Shown in pieces: positions 5,241-12,925 of a DNA stretch of 14,493 bases. The DNA is taken from the NCBI GenBank assembly GCA_037446775.1, contig JBBIIA010000110.1, positions 1 to 14,493 on the forward strand, given 5' to 3'. Within the stretch, counting starts at the first letter, position 1, and the number at the start of each line of letters is the position of its first letter. A program made the position numbers and the translations under genes. The notes under the pieces are model-generated. The model made no database searches. It had not been told where the DNA came from and worked only from the letters and a program-made list of their open reading frames with translations. This stretch comes from Deltaproteobacteria bacterium (GTDB taxonomy: Bacteria; Desulfobacterota; Deferrisomatia; Deferrisomatales; JACRMM01).

Positions 5241-7673
5241 TCACAGATCCAGCCGGATCACCACGGTTTCCGCGTCCCGTTCGGTGACGACGAAGCCGAG
5301 GCGATGGGCCAGGGCGAGCATGCGGGTGTTGGTGGTGAGCACCGAGCCGTACAGGGCCGGGAGCCGACGATCCCGGGCGATGGCGATCAGCCGGCCCATC
5401 AGCATCGACCCGATGCCCGAGCTCTGCCACCGGTCGGCAACGACCACGGCGAACTCGTGGGTGCCTTCGTGGGGATCGTACACCAGGCGGGCGACGCCGA
5501 TGGTCCGCTCCGCCCCGTCCCGCTCGGCGCGCGCGACGATGGCGACCTCCCGGCTGTAGTCGATTTGGGTGAACCGCACCATCTGCTCGTCGCTGACCTC
5601 CCGGCGAAAGCCGAAGAACCGGTCGTACATGGTGCGCGCCGACAGGGACCGGACGAAGTCGTAGTGGGAGGGGGCGTCCTCGGGCCGGATCGGCCGAATC
5701 AACACCGGCGTGCCGTCCCGGAGGACGTCCGTGCTCTCGTACTGGTTGGGGTAGGGAGCGGTCGCCAGGTGGTCGGGGGCGGCGATGCCCCGGTCCCAGA
5801 GGATGGCCCGGGCGCCGGCGGCGACGAAGCGCCCGCCGCGCAGGGCCAGGGGGTTCACCTCGAGGTCGTAGAGCTGGGGGAAGTCCACGGCGAGCTGGGA
5901 CAGCCGCACCAGGATCTCCTCCAGGTGCTCCGCCTCGCCCGTGTCCAGGGACATGCCCCGGGCGAAACCGCTCTTCTCGACGAGGCGACGGGCGAGGAGC
6001 CGGTTGAGGGGGGGCAGGATCACCGCCTCATCGTGGACGAGGCGGCTGGCGAGCCCGCCGACGCCCAGGAAGAGGTAGGGGCCGAACTCCACGTCCGTCC
6101 GGAGCCCGACCCGGAGCTCGAAACGAGCCCCGGGGCTGCCCCGACTGCCCACCGGGATGCCGTAGCAGCCCAAGAGGTCCAGGGCGTCCCGGGGTTGGGT
6201 CGGCCCGGTCTCACTCCCCAAGAGCTCCATCACGTGCCCGCGGGCCGCCTCCCCGTGGAAGACCAGGTCGCGATCGAAGCGAGGGGGGACCACCACCACG
6301 CCCGAACGCTTGTCCAGGTAGCGCAAGGCGTAGCTGTAGGCGGTGACCGCTTCTTCGATGCTGGAGTAGACCGTGTGGCGTTTCTCTCGCAGACGCCGAA
6401 GGGCGCTGCCGTGGGCGGCCCGGTCCCCCAGCCAGATGTGCACGAGGTCCACCGCCGACCCCGCCGCGACTCGTCCCAGATCTTCGACGAGGCGTTCGGG
6501 GACCAGTCCCCCGCCGAGGACGGTGACCACGAGGATGGTGTCCAGCTCCCCCGAGGCGACGCACAGGTGGACGGCTTCGAGGTAGCGTGCGGCGTCGGCG
6601 TCGCCGGCGATGCACACCGGGTTGAGGGTCCCGGAGTAGGGGGCCACGGTGCGGGCGAGGCGGTCGCCCAGGTCTGGGGAGAGCTCGGCCAGTCGGGCGC
6701 CCCGCAGGCACAGGCGGTCGGCCACCTGGACGCCGATCCCGCCGGAGTTGGTGATCACCGCCAGGCGGTCCCCCCGGGGTAGGGCGCCCCGGGAGAGGGC
6801 CTCTGCGGAGCCCAGGAGCTCCCCGACGGTGTCCACCCGGATCACGCCGGCCCGGCGAAAGGCGGTGTCGTACACCCGGTCCTCGCCGGCCACCCGGCCC
6901 GTGTGCTTGGCGATCAGACTACGGCCCAGGGGGCTGCGGCCCCCCTTGATGGCGACGATGGGGCGGACCAGGGCGGCCGCCCGGCAGGCGCTCAGGAACT
7001 TCTTCACCGAGGCGAGGTTCTCGATGTACAGGGCGAGGCAAGAGACCTTGCGCTCCCACGCCAAGTAGTCGATGGCGTCGCCGAAGTCGATATCGGCGAG
7101 GGAACCGAGGCTCACCACGTGGCTGAAGCCGAGGCCGCGCTTTCTGGCTCGGTCGAGGATCGAGGAGATTAAGGCGCCGCTTTGGGAGATCAGGGCGATG
7201 GAGCCGTTGGCCGGCGCCTGGTCGAAGAGGGAAGCGTTCAGCCCCAGGCTCGGGACGACCACCCCGTAGGAGCCCGGCCCCAAGAGGCGCACCCCTGCGG
7301 CCAGGGCCGCGGCGCGGGCCGCCGCCTCGTGGGCCTCGTCGGCCGGAGTCATGCGCCGGGCCGGGAGGATCAGGTTGCGGACCCGGAGCCCCCGATCCCC
7401 CGTCAGGAGGTTCGGGAGTTCGGCGAGGGGAAGGGCGGCGACCAGGGTGTCGATCTCGTCGGTCAGTGCCCCCAGGGAGCCTGCCCAGCGGACCCCGGGG
7501 GCCAGGTCTGCCGGGGGGGGGCCGCCATCGAGATCGACCGCCCAGGCGGCCTCGCACCGGGAGTGGGTGAGATTGGCGAGGAGCAGCCGGTCGCGGTGGC
7601 CGGCGTTGGTGAAGCGGCCGACCACGGCCAGGGTGCGGGGGGCGAAGAGGTGTTCTAGGTGGCGGGTGCTCAC
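5241..7673 (-). CDS. pat: Pat/PatZ(YfiQ)-type bifunctional protein: N-terminal NDP-forming acyl-CoA synthetase-like domains (CoA-binding, succinyl-CoA-ligase-like, ATP-grasp) plus a C-terminal GNAT lysine acetyltransferase domain (810 aa).
   Basis: VSTRHLEHLFAPRTLAVVGRF (canonical ACD N-terminus), IALISQSGALISS (CoA-binding SQSG), AKHTGRVAGEDRVYDTAFRRAGVIRVDTVGEL (Succ_CoA_lig signature) and the C-terminal GNAT block VARLVYDPHEGTHEFAVVVADRWQSSGIGSMLMGRLIAIAR. I re-called the start at GTG 7673 (complement of 7671-7673, GAGG 7 nt upstream). The 224 N-terminal codons of track ORF 5241..8345 are an out-of-frame overlap of the upstream zinc-ribbon gene. Confidence 0.8.
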   Translation of the reverse strand: MSTRHLEHLFAPRTLAVVGRFTNAGHRDRLLLANLTHSRCEAAWAVDLDGGPPPADLAPGVRWAGSLGALTDEIDTLVAALPLAELPNLLTGDRGLRVRNLILPARRMTPADEAHEAAARAAALAAGVRLLGPGSYGVVVPSLGLNASLFDQAPANGSIALISQSGALISSILDRARKRGLGFSHVVSLGSLADIDFGDAIDYLAWERKVSCLALYIENLASVKKFLSACRAAALVRPIVAIKGGRSPLGRSLIAKHTGRVAGEDRVYDTAFRRAGVIRVDTVGELLGSAEALSRGALPRGDRLAVITNSGGIGVQVADRLCLRGARLAELSPDLGDRLARTVAPYSGTLNPVCIAGDADAARYLEAVHLCVASGELDTILVVTVLGGGLVPERLVEDLGRVAAGSAVDLVHIWLGDRAAHGSALRRLREKRHTVYSSIEEAVTAYSYALRYLDKRSGVVVVPPRFDRDLVFHGEAARGHVMELLGSETGPTQPRDALDLLGCYGIPVGSRGSPGARFELRVGLRTDVEFGPYLFLGVGGLASRLVHDEAVILPPLNRLLARRLVEKSGFARGMSLDTGEAEHLEEILVRLSQLAVDFPQLYDLEVNPLALRGGRFVAAGARAILWDRGIAAPDHLATAPYPNQYESTDVLRDGTPVLIRPIRPEDAPSHYDFVRSLSARTMYDRFFGFRREVSDEQMVRFTQIDYSREVAIVARAERDGAERTIGVARLVYDPHEGTHEFAVVVADRWQSSGIGSMLMGRLIAIARDRRLPALYGSVLTTNTRMLALAHRLGFVVTERDAETVVIRLDL

Positions 7674-7687
7674 GGGGGGGCCTCGGG

Positions 7688-8353
7688 TCAGCGAAAGAGC
7701 CGGGTCAAGAGGTCGGCGAGGAGGTCGGGGAGGGGAGGGCCCGCCGGCCGGTCGGGCTCCGCCCAGGTTCCCCGGGCGAAGGCCGCCGAGGAGGCTTCCC
7801 GGCGCCGCTCCTGGTCCTCGGCTTCGCTCCGCTCCCGCCGGAGCTTCTCGTGGAGGAGCTGCCCGCCGGCCTTGCGCCACTCCAGGAGCTGGCGCAGTTC
7901 CCCGCCCTCCAGCCACACCCCGTGGTCGCGGCACTGGTCCACGATCACCCCGCTGCGGCTCCCGAAGTTTACCCGGTTCATCACCGTGGTGCACGTGGGG
8001 CAGCGGGCGTAGCGCACCGTCCGGGGGCCCTGGGCCTCCACGGCGGCGCTGAGCGCCTGGTAGTCGATGCGAAAGACGTTTTGCACCGAGGTCTCCAGGA
8101 GCGCCTCGAGCTCGCCGGGGTCGAAGAAGAGGCCAAAGCAGTCCGGGCACCGCTCCAGGAGGAAGATGCCTTCCCCTTGGACGTTGAGGGTCTCCAGGGT
8201 GGTGGCGCAGCGGGGGCAGGTGCGGGAGGTCGCGGGGCCGACCACGGTGTAGCGGTGTACCCCCTCCAGGTCCACGGCGTTTCTGAGCCCGCAGTAGGCG
8301 CAGACGGGGCCGTGGGGGGGCAGGGGGGCCGAACAGCCGGCGCACCGGGCCAT
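7688..8353 (-). CDS. Triple zinc-ribbon protein (TFIIB-type zf / PF13453-like modules with the C-x2-C...C-x2-C-x-G-h-(W/F)-h-(D/E)-x-G-E-L signature) plus a charged C-terminal tail (221 aa).
   Basis: Module 1: CAGCSAPLPPHGPVCAYCG. Module 2: CPRCATTLETLNVQGEGIFLLERCPDCFGLFFDPGELEALLE. Module 3: CPTCTTVMNRVNFGSRSGVIVDQCRDHGVWLEGGELRQLLEW (fourth ligand His). ATG 8353. The stop lies 14 nt upstream of the pat GTG start, and the gene begins 19 nt after the SPFH gene stop. Confidence 0.7.
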   Translation of the reverse strand: MARCAGCSAPLPPHGPVCAYCGLRNAVDLEGVHRYTVVGPATSRTCPRCATTLETLNVQGEGIFLLERCPDCFGLFFDPGELEALLETSVQNVFRIDYQALSAAVEAQGPRTVRYARCPTCTTVMNRVNFGSRSGVIVDQCRDHGVWLEGGELRQLLEWRKAGGQLLHEKLRRERSEAEDQERRREASSAAFARGTWAEPDRPAGPPLPDLLADLLTRLFR

Positions 8354-8372
8354 GGCGCGGGTCCCGGGCCGC

Positions 8373-9407
8373 CTACAGGCGGCCCAGGATCTCCTGGCGC
8401 TTGGCCGCGAACTCCTCGGCGGTGATCAGCCCGCCGTCCCGAAGGCCCTGGAGCTGGCGCAGGGCCGCGGCCGGGTCGGGGGCCGGGGCCGGGGCCGGGG
8501 CCGTCCCCGGGGCTCCCGGCAGGTTGCCCAGGTTTCCCAGGGCTCCCCCGACCATCTGGCCGAGGCCCACGCCTGCCCCCAGGCCCACCCCGACCCCGGC
8601 CGCGCCGCCCTCGTTGCGGGCCGCGTCCCGCAGGGCGTCGAGGCGCTGGATCCCGGCGTAGTCGAGCCCGACGGCCCCCGCCGCCTGGGCCTCGGCGGTG
8701 AGGTCGGCGATGCGCTCGATCCGCCGCTTGGTGCCGTCGTCGAAGTCCACGCCCTCGATGCGAAAATCGGTGAGCGCAAAGCCGAGCTCCGCGAAGTCGG
8801 GCCCCAGGCGCGCCCCCAGGGCCTCGGCGAGCTCGTTTCGGTGGGCGTCGATGTGCACGTAGGAGTGGGCCGCTTCCGCCAGGTGGTCGCTCAGGGGCTG
8901 GACGAGGCGCTGGCTCAGGACCTCCCGAAGGTCGCTCACCAGGAAGCGGGAGCTCCCCCCCACCACGTTGACGAAGAAGCGCTCGGGGTCGGTGACGCGG
9001 AAGCTGTAGTTGCCGTACGCCTTGAGCTGCACCGGGATCTGGTAGACCGGGTCCACGTACCGGATGGGGGCGGTGGTGCCCCACTTCTGGTTGAGGGCCT
9101 CGGTCTGGCGGAAGAAGTACAGCCCGACCTTGTGCTCGCTCTCGAAGAACTGCATGAACTTCTGGATGGTGGTCCAGAAGGGGATGTTGGCGGTCTTGAG
9201 GTCGATCAGGCACTCCCGGGTGAGCACCGCGCGGAGGCGCCCCTGGTACACGAAGATGCAGCCCTGACCCGGGCCCACCACGAGCTTCGAGGCGTTCTTG
9301 ATCTCGTCCCCGTTGGCCGTCCACTGCTCGAACAGGGCGTCGGGGGAGGGGTCGGTCCACTGGATGACCGAACGGAGCTGCCGGCGAAGGCCGTCCATGA
9401 GGCCCAT
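8373..9407 (-). CDS. SPFH/Band-7 superfamily membrane scaffold protein of the COG4260 ('virion core protein-like', B. subtilis YdjI-like) type, with a Gly/Ala/Pro-rich linker and a C-terminal SHOCT domain (344 aa).
   Basis: N-terminal about 250 aa (IQWTDPSPDALFEQWTANGDEIKNASKLVVGPGQGCIFVYQGR...ANIPFWTT...YGNYSFRVTDPERF) resemble the YdjI/COG4260 SPFH family. This is a recollection, not a search result. The C-terminus LRQLQGLRDGGLITAEEFAAKRQEILGRL has the SHOCT pattern. ATG 9407 is preceded by AGGAGG (complement of 9413-9418) with a 5-nt spacer. Confidence 0.7.
   Translation of the reverse strand: MGLMDGLRRQLRSVIQWTDPSPDALFEQWTANGDEIKNASKLVVGPGQGCIFVYQGRLRAVLTRECLIDLKTANIPFWTTIQKFMQFFESEHKVGLYFFRQTEALNQKWGTTAPIRYVDPVYQIPVQLKAYGNYSFRVTDPERFFVNVVGGSSRFLVSDLREVLSQRLVQPLSDHLAEAAHSYVHIDAHRNELAEALGARLGPDFAELGFALTDFRIEGVDFDDGTKRRIERIADLTAEAQAAGAVGLDYAGIQRLDALRDAARNEGGAAGVGVGLGAGVGLGQMVGGALGNLGNLPGAPGTAPAPAPAPDPAAALRQLQGLRDGGLITAEEFAAKRQEILGRL
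8479..8502. repeat. (GGGGCC)x4 hexanucleotide microsatellite inside the SPFH linker. It encodes (AP)4 on the minus strand.
   Basis: Seen directly: ggggccggggccggggccggggcc. It is G-rich on the template strand of the gene. Confidence 0.9.
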
Positions 9408-9530
9408 CGGTTCCTCCTATCTATCCAAGGAAAGGGTGCCGAGGCGCTTTCTCTACCATCGGCCGCGGTGGGCCGCAACTCAAGGCCGTGACCGGGACGG
9501 TCGGGTGGTGGCCCCTGGCGGTCGATGCCC

Positions 9531-10973
9531 CTACAGCACCGGGGCCAGCAGGCGGCAGGCGGCGACGGTCAGGCGACGGTGCAGGGGGGCCGCGTCCACG
9601 TGGGAGCGGGTGAAGGGGCTAGAGCGCAAGAGGTCACTCTCGAAGATCTCCTCGAGCTCGGCGGCGATCGCGGGGGAGTAGAGGAGGAGGTTGACCTCGA
9701 AGTTGAGGCGGAAGGAGCGGATGTCCATGTTGGCCGAGCCCAGGGTTCCCCACTGGCCGTCCACCACCACGAGCTTGGAGTGGAGCATGCCGGCCTCGTA
9801 CCGGTACACGGCCACGCCCGCCTCCAAGAGGGCCGGGAGGAAGCTCTCCCCGGCCCGGTCCACCAGGGGGTGGTCGGTCCGTTCGGGCACCAGGAGCCGC
9901 ACCTCGACCCCCCGGTTGGCGGTGGCGGCGAGGGCCGCCATGATGGCGGCGTCGGGGACGAAGTAGGGGGTGGCGATCCACACCCGGCGATGGGCGGCGG
10001 CGATGGCGTGGAAGAGGGTGGCGTGGATGGCTCGGGCGGGGTCGTCGGGCCCGCTGGCGACGACCTGGACGATGGAGTCCCCGGCGGCGGCCTGGGGGGG
10101 GAAGTAGTGCCCCCGGAGCAGGTCCTGGCCGGTGGCGAAGTACCAGTCCTCGGCGAACACCTCGTGGAGGTGGTGGACGGCCGGGCCCCGCACCCGCAGG
10201 TGGGTGTCGCGCCAGCTCGGCCGCCGGGCCCAGCGGCCCCGGTACTCGTCCCCGATGTTGGCGCCCCCGGTGTACGCCACCCGGCCGTCGATGACCGCGA
10301 TCTTGCGGTGGTTGCGGAGGTGCACGGCGAAGCGCGGCGGAAAGAGGCGGACGGGCAGGAACCACGCCACCTGGCCCCCGGCCTCCCGCAGGGGGGCGAG
10401 GAGGGCGTCGGTCAAGGTCCGGGACCCCACGGCGTCCAGGAGCAGGCGCACCTCGACCCCCTCGGCTGCCTTGCGGGCCAGGAGGTCCAGGAAGCGCCGC
10501 CCGGTGGCGTCGGGTTGGAAGACGTAGTACTCGAAGTGGACCGAGCGGCGGGCGCCCGCCACGGCGGTCTCCAGGTCGTCGTACAGCTTCGAGGGGTTCT
10601 CGAACACCGCCAGGTGGTTGCCCCGGGTGGGGGAACGCCGGGCGGTGGCGATGGCAAGGACCAGGGTCTCGGCCCCGGGGCCGGTCACCTCCGGGGGAGG
10701 ATCGTGGAGGAGGTGGTCGGCGATGGCCTCCTCGGCGGGGGCGAGGCTCGGGGGGGCGCCCAGGGCCCGCTTGCGCCGCAGGTAGCGCCGCCGCTGGATG
10801 GTGTTGGTGCCAAACAAGAGGTACAGGGCGGCGCCGAGCCCGGGCAGGAGCAGGAGCCCTTGGAGCCACGCGACCGTGGCCACGGGCTCCTTGCGCCGCA
10901 GGAGGAGGTCGGCGGCCAAAGCCGCCGCCACCGCCAGGTGGAGAGCCAGAAGGGTGCCCAGGGAGTCCGCCAC
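9531..10973 (-). CDS. cls: Cardiolipin synthase (PLD superfamily, two HKD motifs, N-terminal TM helices; 480 aa).
   Basis: Two HxK(x)4D(x)6G(S/G)xN motifs: HRKIAVIDGRVAYTGGANIGDEY and HSKLVVVDGQWGTLGSANMDIRS. Hydrophobic N-terminus LLALHLAVAAALAADLLL...GLLLLPGLGAALYLLFG. GTG start 10973 with GGAGG 5 nt upstream. Confidence 0.85.
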   Translation of the reverse strand: MADSLGTLLALHLAVAAALAADLLLRRKEPVATVAWLQGLLLLPGLGAALYLLFGTNTIQRRRYLRRKRALGAPPSLAPAEEAIADHLLHDPPPEVTGPGAETLVLAIATARRSPTRGNHLAVFENPSKLYDDLETAVAGARRSVHFEYYVFQPDATGRRFLDLLARKAAEGVEVRLLLDAVGSRTLTDALLAPLREAGGQVAWFLPVRLFPPRFAVHLRNHRKIAVIDGRVAYTGGANIGDEYRGRWARRPSWRDTHLRVRGPAVHHLHEVFAEDWYFATGQDLLRGHYFPPQAAAGDSIVQVVASGPDDPARAIHATLFHAIAAAHRRVWIATPYFVPDAAIMAALAATANRGVEVRLLVPERTDHPLVDRAGESFLPALLEAGVAVYRYEAGMLHSKLVVVDGQWGTLGSANMDIRSFRLNFEVNLLLYSPAIAAELEEIFESDLLRSSPFTRSHVDAAPLHRRLTVAACRLLAPVL

Positions 10974-11051
10974 GGTGCCCTCCTAGAAACCCGTGAGGGG
11001 CAAGATGGGTGGGCGCTGCATTGGGTTCCGACTCACCCGGAGCCTCGAAGA

Positions 11052-11106
11052 GCGGGGGTTTTGGACAGGATTACAGGAGGTTTAGGATGCCGGGTGGCGG
11101 CAGACC
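11052..11106 (-). promoter_or_regulatory. Conserved upstream element, copy B, 79-133 nt upstream of the cls start.
   Basis: See copy A. The three (A/C)AGGA(T/G) units are at 8-9 bp spacing and are followed by GGGTGGCGG. Confidence 0.5.
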
Positions 11107-11137
11107 CAAATCATCCTGTCGATCCTGTTCATCCTGT
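11062..11137. repeat. Imperfect inverted repeat. Left arm gacaggattacaggaggtttaggatg (11065-11090) and right arm catcctgtcgatcctgttcatcctgtc (11111-11137) flank a 20-bp spacer ccgggtggcggcagacccaaat. Each arm is three ACAGGAT/ATCCTGT-like units at 9-10 bp periodicity. The right arm ends in tgtcaa, which is TTGACA on the minus strand.
   Basis: Seen directly. The reverse complement of the right arm (gacaggatgaacaggatcgacaggatg) shares the gacaggat, acagga and aggatg blocks with the left arm. Confidence 0.7.
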
Positions 11138-11170
11138 CAAACCCCCCGTGCGGGGTGAGGCAGCGCCCCC

Positions 11171-11941
11171 CTAGGCCGGGGTCAGGGAGCGATCCATCAG
11201 GTGCCGGGCCCGCACCCGCCCGAGGCTCGAGAGGAGGTTGGCCTTGATCCCCGGGTGGCCCCCTTCGAGCTCGGTCAGGAGCCCCTTGACCCGCTTGCGC
11301 TGCATCTCCTCGACCCCGCAGACCGGGCAGCCGCAGCACACCACCGGAAACCCCTGGGCCGCGGCGAAGGCCACGACGTCGGCTTCAAACACCCCGCACA
11401 GGGGCCGGATCACCACGTTGACGCCGTCGTCGGCCCGCAGCACCGGCGCCATGCTCTTGATCTCGCCGGTGAAGAACTGGCTTAGAAGCAGGGTCTCGAT
11501 GAGATCGTCGGCGTGGTGCCCCAACGCCACCTTGGTGAACCCCTCCCGCCGGGCGACGCCGTACAGGATGCCGCGCCGCAGCCGCGAACAGAAGGAGCAG
11601 TAGCTCGACCCGGGGTCGCGGCGCGCCTCCACGATCTCGTACAGGTTGGAGGGCTCCACGAAGTGCCGGTAGCCCCGGGCCCGGCACCCCGCGACGATGG
11701 GTTCGGTGCGAAACCCCGGAAAGCCCGGGTCCACCGTCACCGCGGTCAGCTCGAAGCGGATCGGGGCCCGCCGGCGCAGGCTCTCCAGGCAGTGCAGGAG
11801 CGTCCAGCTGTCCTTGCCCCCGGAGAGCGCCACCAGCACCCGGTCGCCCTCCTCGATCATGGCGAAGTCCACCACCGCCCGGCCCACCTTGCGCAGGAGG
11901 CGCTTCTCCAGGAGGTGGGGGGCGGGATCCCGCGCGCTCAC
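11171..11941 (-). CDS. ttcA: tRNA 2-thiocytidine(32) synthetase TtcA (PP-loop ATPase, [4Fe-4S]-dependent; 256 aa).
   Basis: MIEEGDRVLVALSGGKDS (PP-loop SGGKDS), CSFCSRLRRGILY and LGHHADDLIETLLLS are TtcA hallmarks (cf. E. coli MIEEGDRIMVCLSGGKDS / CSLCSRLRRGILY / LGHHRDDILQTL). I re-called the start at GTG 11941 (complement of 11939-11941, GGGGAG upstream). It overlaps the upstream gene's TGA stop as GTGA. The track's TTG 12085 extension is a Pro/Gly/His-rich out-of-frame overlap. Confidence 0.8.
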   Translation of the reverse strand: MSARDPAPHLLEKRLLRKVGRAVVDFAMIEEGDRVLVALSGGKDSWTLLHCLESLRRRAPIRFELTAVTVDPGFPGFRTEPIVAGCRARGYRHFVEPSNLYEIVEARRDPGSSYCSFCSRLRRGILYGVARREGFTKVALGHHADDLIETLLLSQFFTGEIKSMAPVLRADDGVNVVIRPLCGVFEADVVAFAAAQGFPVVCCGCPVCGVEEMQRKRVKGLLTELEGGHPGIKANLLSSLGRVRARHLMDRSLTPA

Positions 11942-12921
11942 GCGACTCCCCGGAGCATCTCGACGAAGCTCTCCACCCGGGTGCGGGTGCGGGCGTCTAC
12001 CGCCATGGGGCGGTCCCCCTCCAGGGTGAGGATCGGCACCCCCAGGGTCTTGCGCAGGAGCATGTCCTCCATCTGGCGAAAGCAAAACGCCTGGACGTAG
12101 TGAACCACGCCCCGGAGGCGGCGGCGCTCGATCTCCGCCCGGATGTCGGCGATGCGGCCGAAGACGTCGTAGGGGTAGGTGAAGCGGCGGTACGCCTCGG
12201 CCAGGGGTTCCCCGAGGTAGGGCAGGGCGAACTGCCGCTGGGTCTCATTTAAGACCACCCGCGCGCCGAGGCTCTCCAGGAGGTCGTACAGGCCGTCCAA
12301 GATGGGGGGGACCCCCACGTACCCCAGGCGCAGCTCCCCGGTCCGCGGCTCCCGGCCCCGGGCCTCGGCGAGGAAGGCGTCAAGCTTCCGGCCGTACGCT
12401 TCGGGATCGCCCTCGAAGTCGCTCGCCGACACCAGGTGGAGGTGGTTCTCGAAGCCGGTGACCCGATCCTCGGACCAGGTGAGGCGGTCCACTTCGTGGG
12501 CCCGGGCCCGGACCTCGTCCAGACGCCCCTTCTCGGTTTCGGCGGCAGCCCGGGTCGTCCCGAGGCGGTCGCACAGGCGATCGAGTTCCCGGGAGACCGC
12601 GTCCGGGGAGCGGTCGTAGGGGTAGGCGAAGGGGATGGTCCGGAGGCCCTCGAACTGCCAGATCTCCAAAAGCGCCTGGGTGTTGGAGCAGTCCCCGGAC
12701 ATCACGCCGACCACCGCCTCCACCCCGGCCCGGTGGGCGGCGGCGTAAATGCCCTTGATCCAGCCGCAGGTGGTGGCGGGAAACCCGGCCAGCTCGGCTT
12801 GTTCCAAGAAGTGGCGGCGGTCGGGGTGGGTGACGAAGACGTTGTTGAGGTCTACGGGCCGGTGGCCGGCGGCGTAAATGGCCTCCACCGGAACCGTGGT
12901 CGTGATGCCGATCGCGCCCAA
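11938..12921 (-). CDS. 2-hydroxyacyl-CoA dehydratase family protein (HgdB/BcrB-like, PF06050-type single subunit; about 327 aa).
   Basis: N-terminal GAIGITTTVPVEAIYAAG and C-terminal GVPILTLEGDRPMAVDARTRTRVESFVEMLRG match the characteristic termini of the HGD-D family. Conserved Cys are in TTCGW, GDCSN and AFCF. The start is uncertain. I prefer TTG 12921 (GAGGA 8 nt upstream, 4 nt after the upstream stop) over the track's TTG 12990, which overlaps the upstream gene by 65 nt. Confidence 0.6.
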   Translation of the reverse strand: MGAIGITTTVPVEAIYAAGHRPVDLNNVFVTHPDRRHFLEQAELAGFPATTCGWIKGIYAAAHRAGVEAVVGVMSGDCSNTQALLEIWQFEGLRTIPFAYPYDRSPDAVSRELDRLCDRLGTTRAAAETEKGRLDEVRARAHEVDRLTWSEDRVTGFENHLHLVSASDFEGDPEAYGRKLDAFLAEARGREPRTGELRLGYVGVPPILDGLYDLLESLGARVVLNETQRQFALPYLGEPLAEAYRRFTYPYDVFGRIADIRAEIERRRLRGVVHYVQAFCFRQMEDMLLRKTLGVPILTLEGDRPMAVDARTRTRVESFVEMLRGVA

Positions 12922-12925
12922 ACCG

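Noticed and set aside
5175-6782. 535-aa plus-strand ORF.
   Set aside because: Entirely antisense to the Pat acetyltransferase gene. No motifs. High-GC artefact.
7674-8345. N-terminal 224 codons of track ORF 5241..8345 (a 1034-aa 'Pat').
   Set aside because: This stretch is the +1 frame of the zinc-ribbon gene (Pro/Arg-rich). The Pat homology begins exactly at GTG 7673 (VSTRHLEHLFAP...), which has its own GAGG.
7981-9360. 459-aa minus-strand ORF.
   Set aside because: Alternative frame over the SPFH/SHOCT gene. Pro/Arg/Gly-rich, no domain. The SPFH frame has an AGGAGG SD and coherent domains.
11136-11160. Small hairpin CCCCG-TG-CGGGG shortly after the ttcA stop as a terminator.
   Set aside because: 5-bp stem with a 2-nt loop and no T-tract. 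Too weak to call.
9525-11174. 549-aa plus-strand ORF and 411-aa minus ORF (9634..10869).
   Set aside because: They overlap the cardiolipin synthase gene (antisense or alternative frame). The cls frame has two textbook HKD motifs, and the others are G/P/R-rich.
11942-12085. TTG-initiated N-terminal extension of ttcA (MLSPDGGHAPAQDPGG...).
   Set aside because: Pro/Gly/His-rich, out-of-frame overlap of the upstream HgdB-like gene. TtcA homology starts just after GTG 11941, which overlaps the upstream stop.
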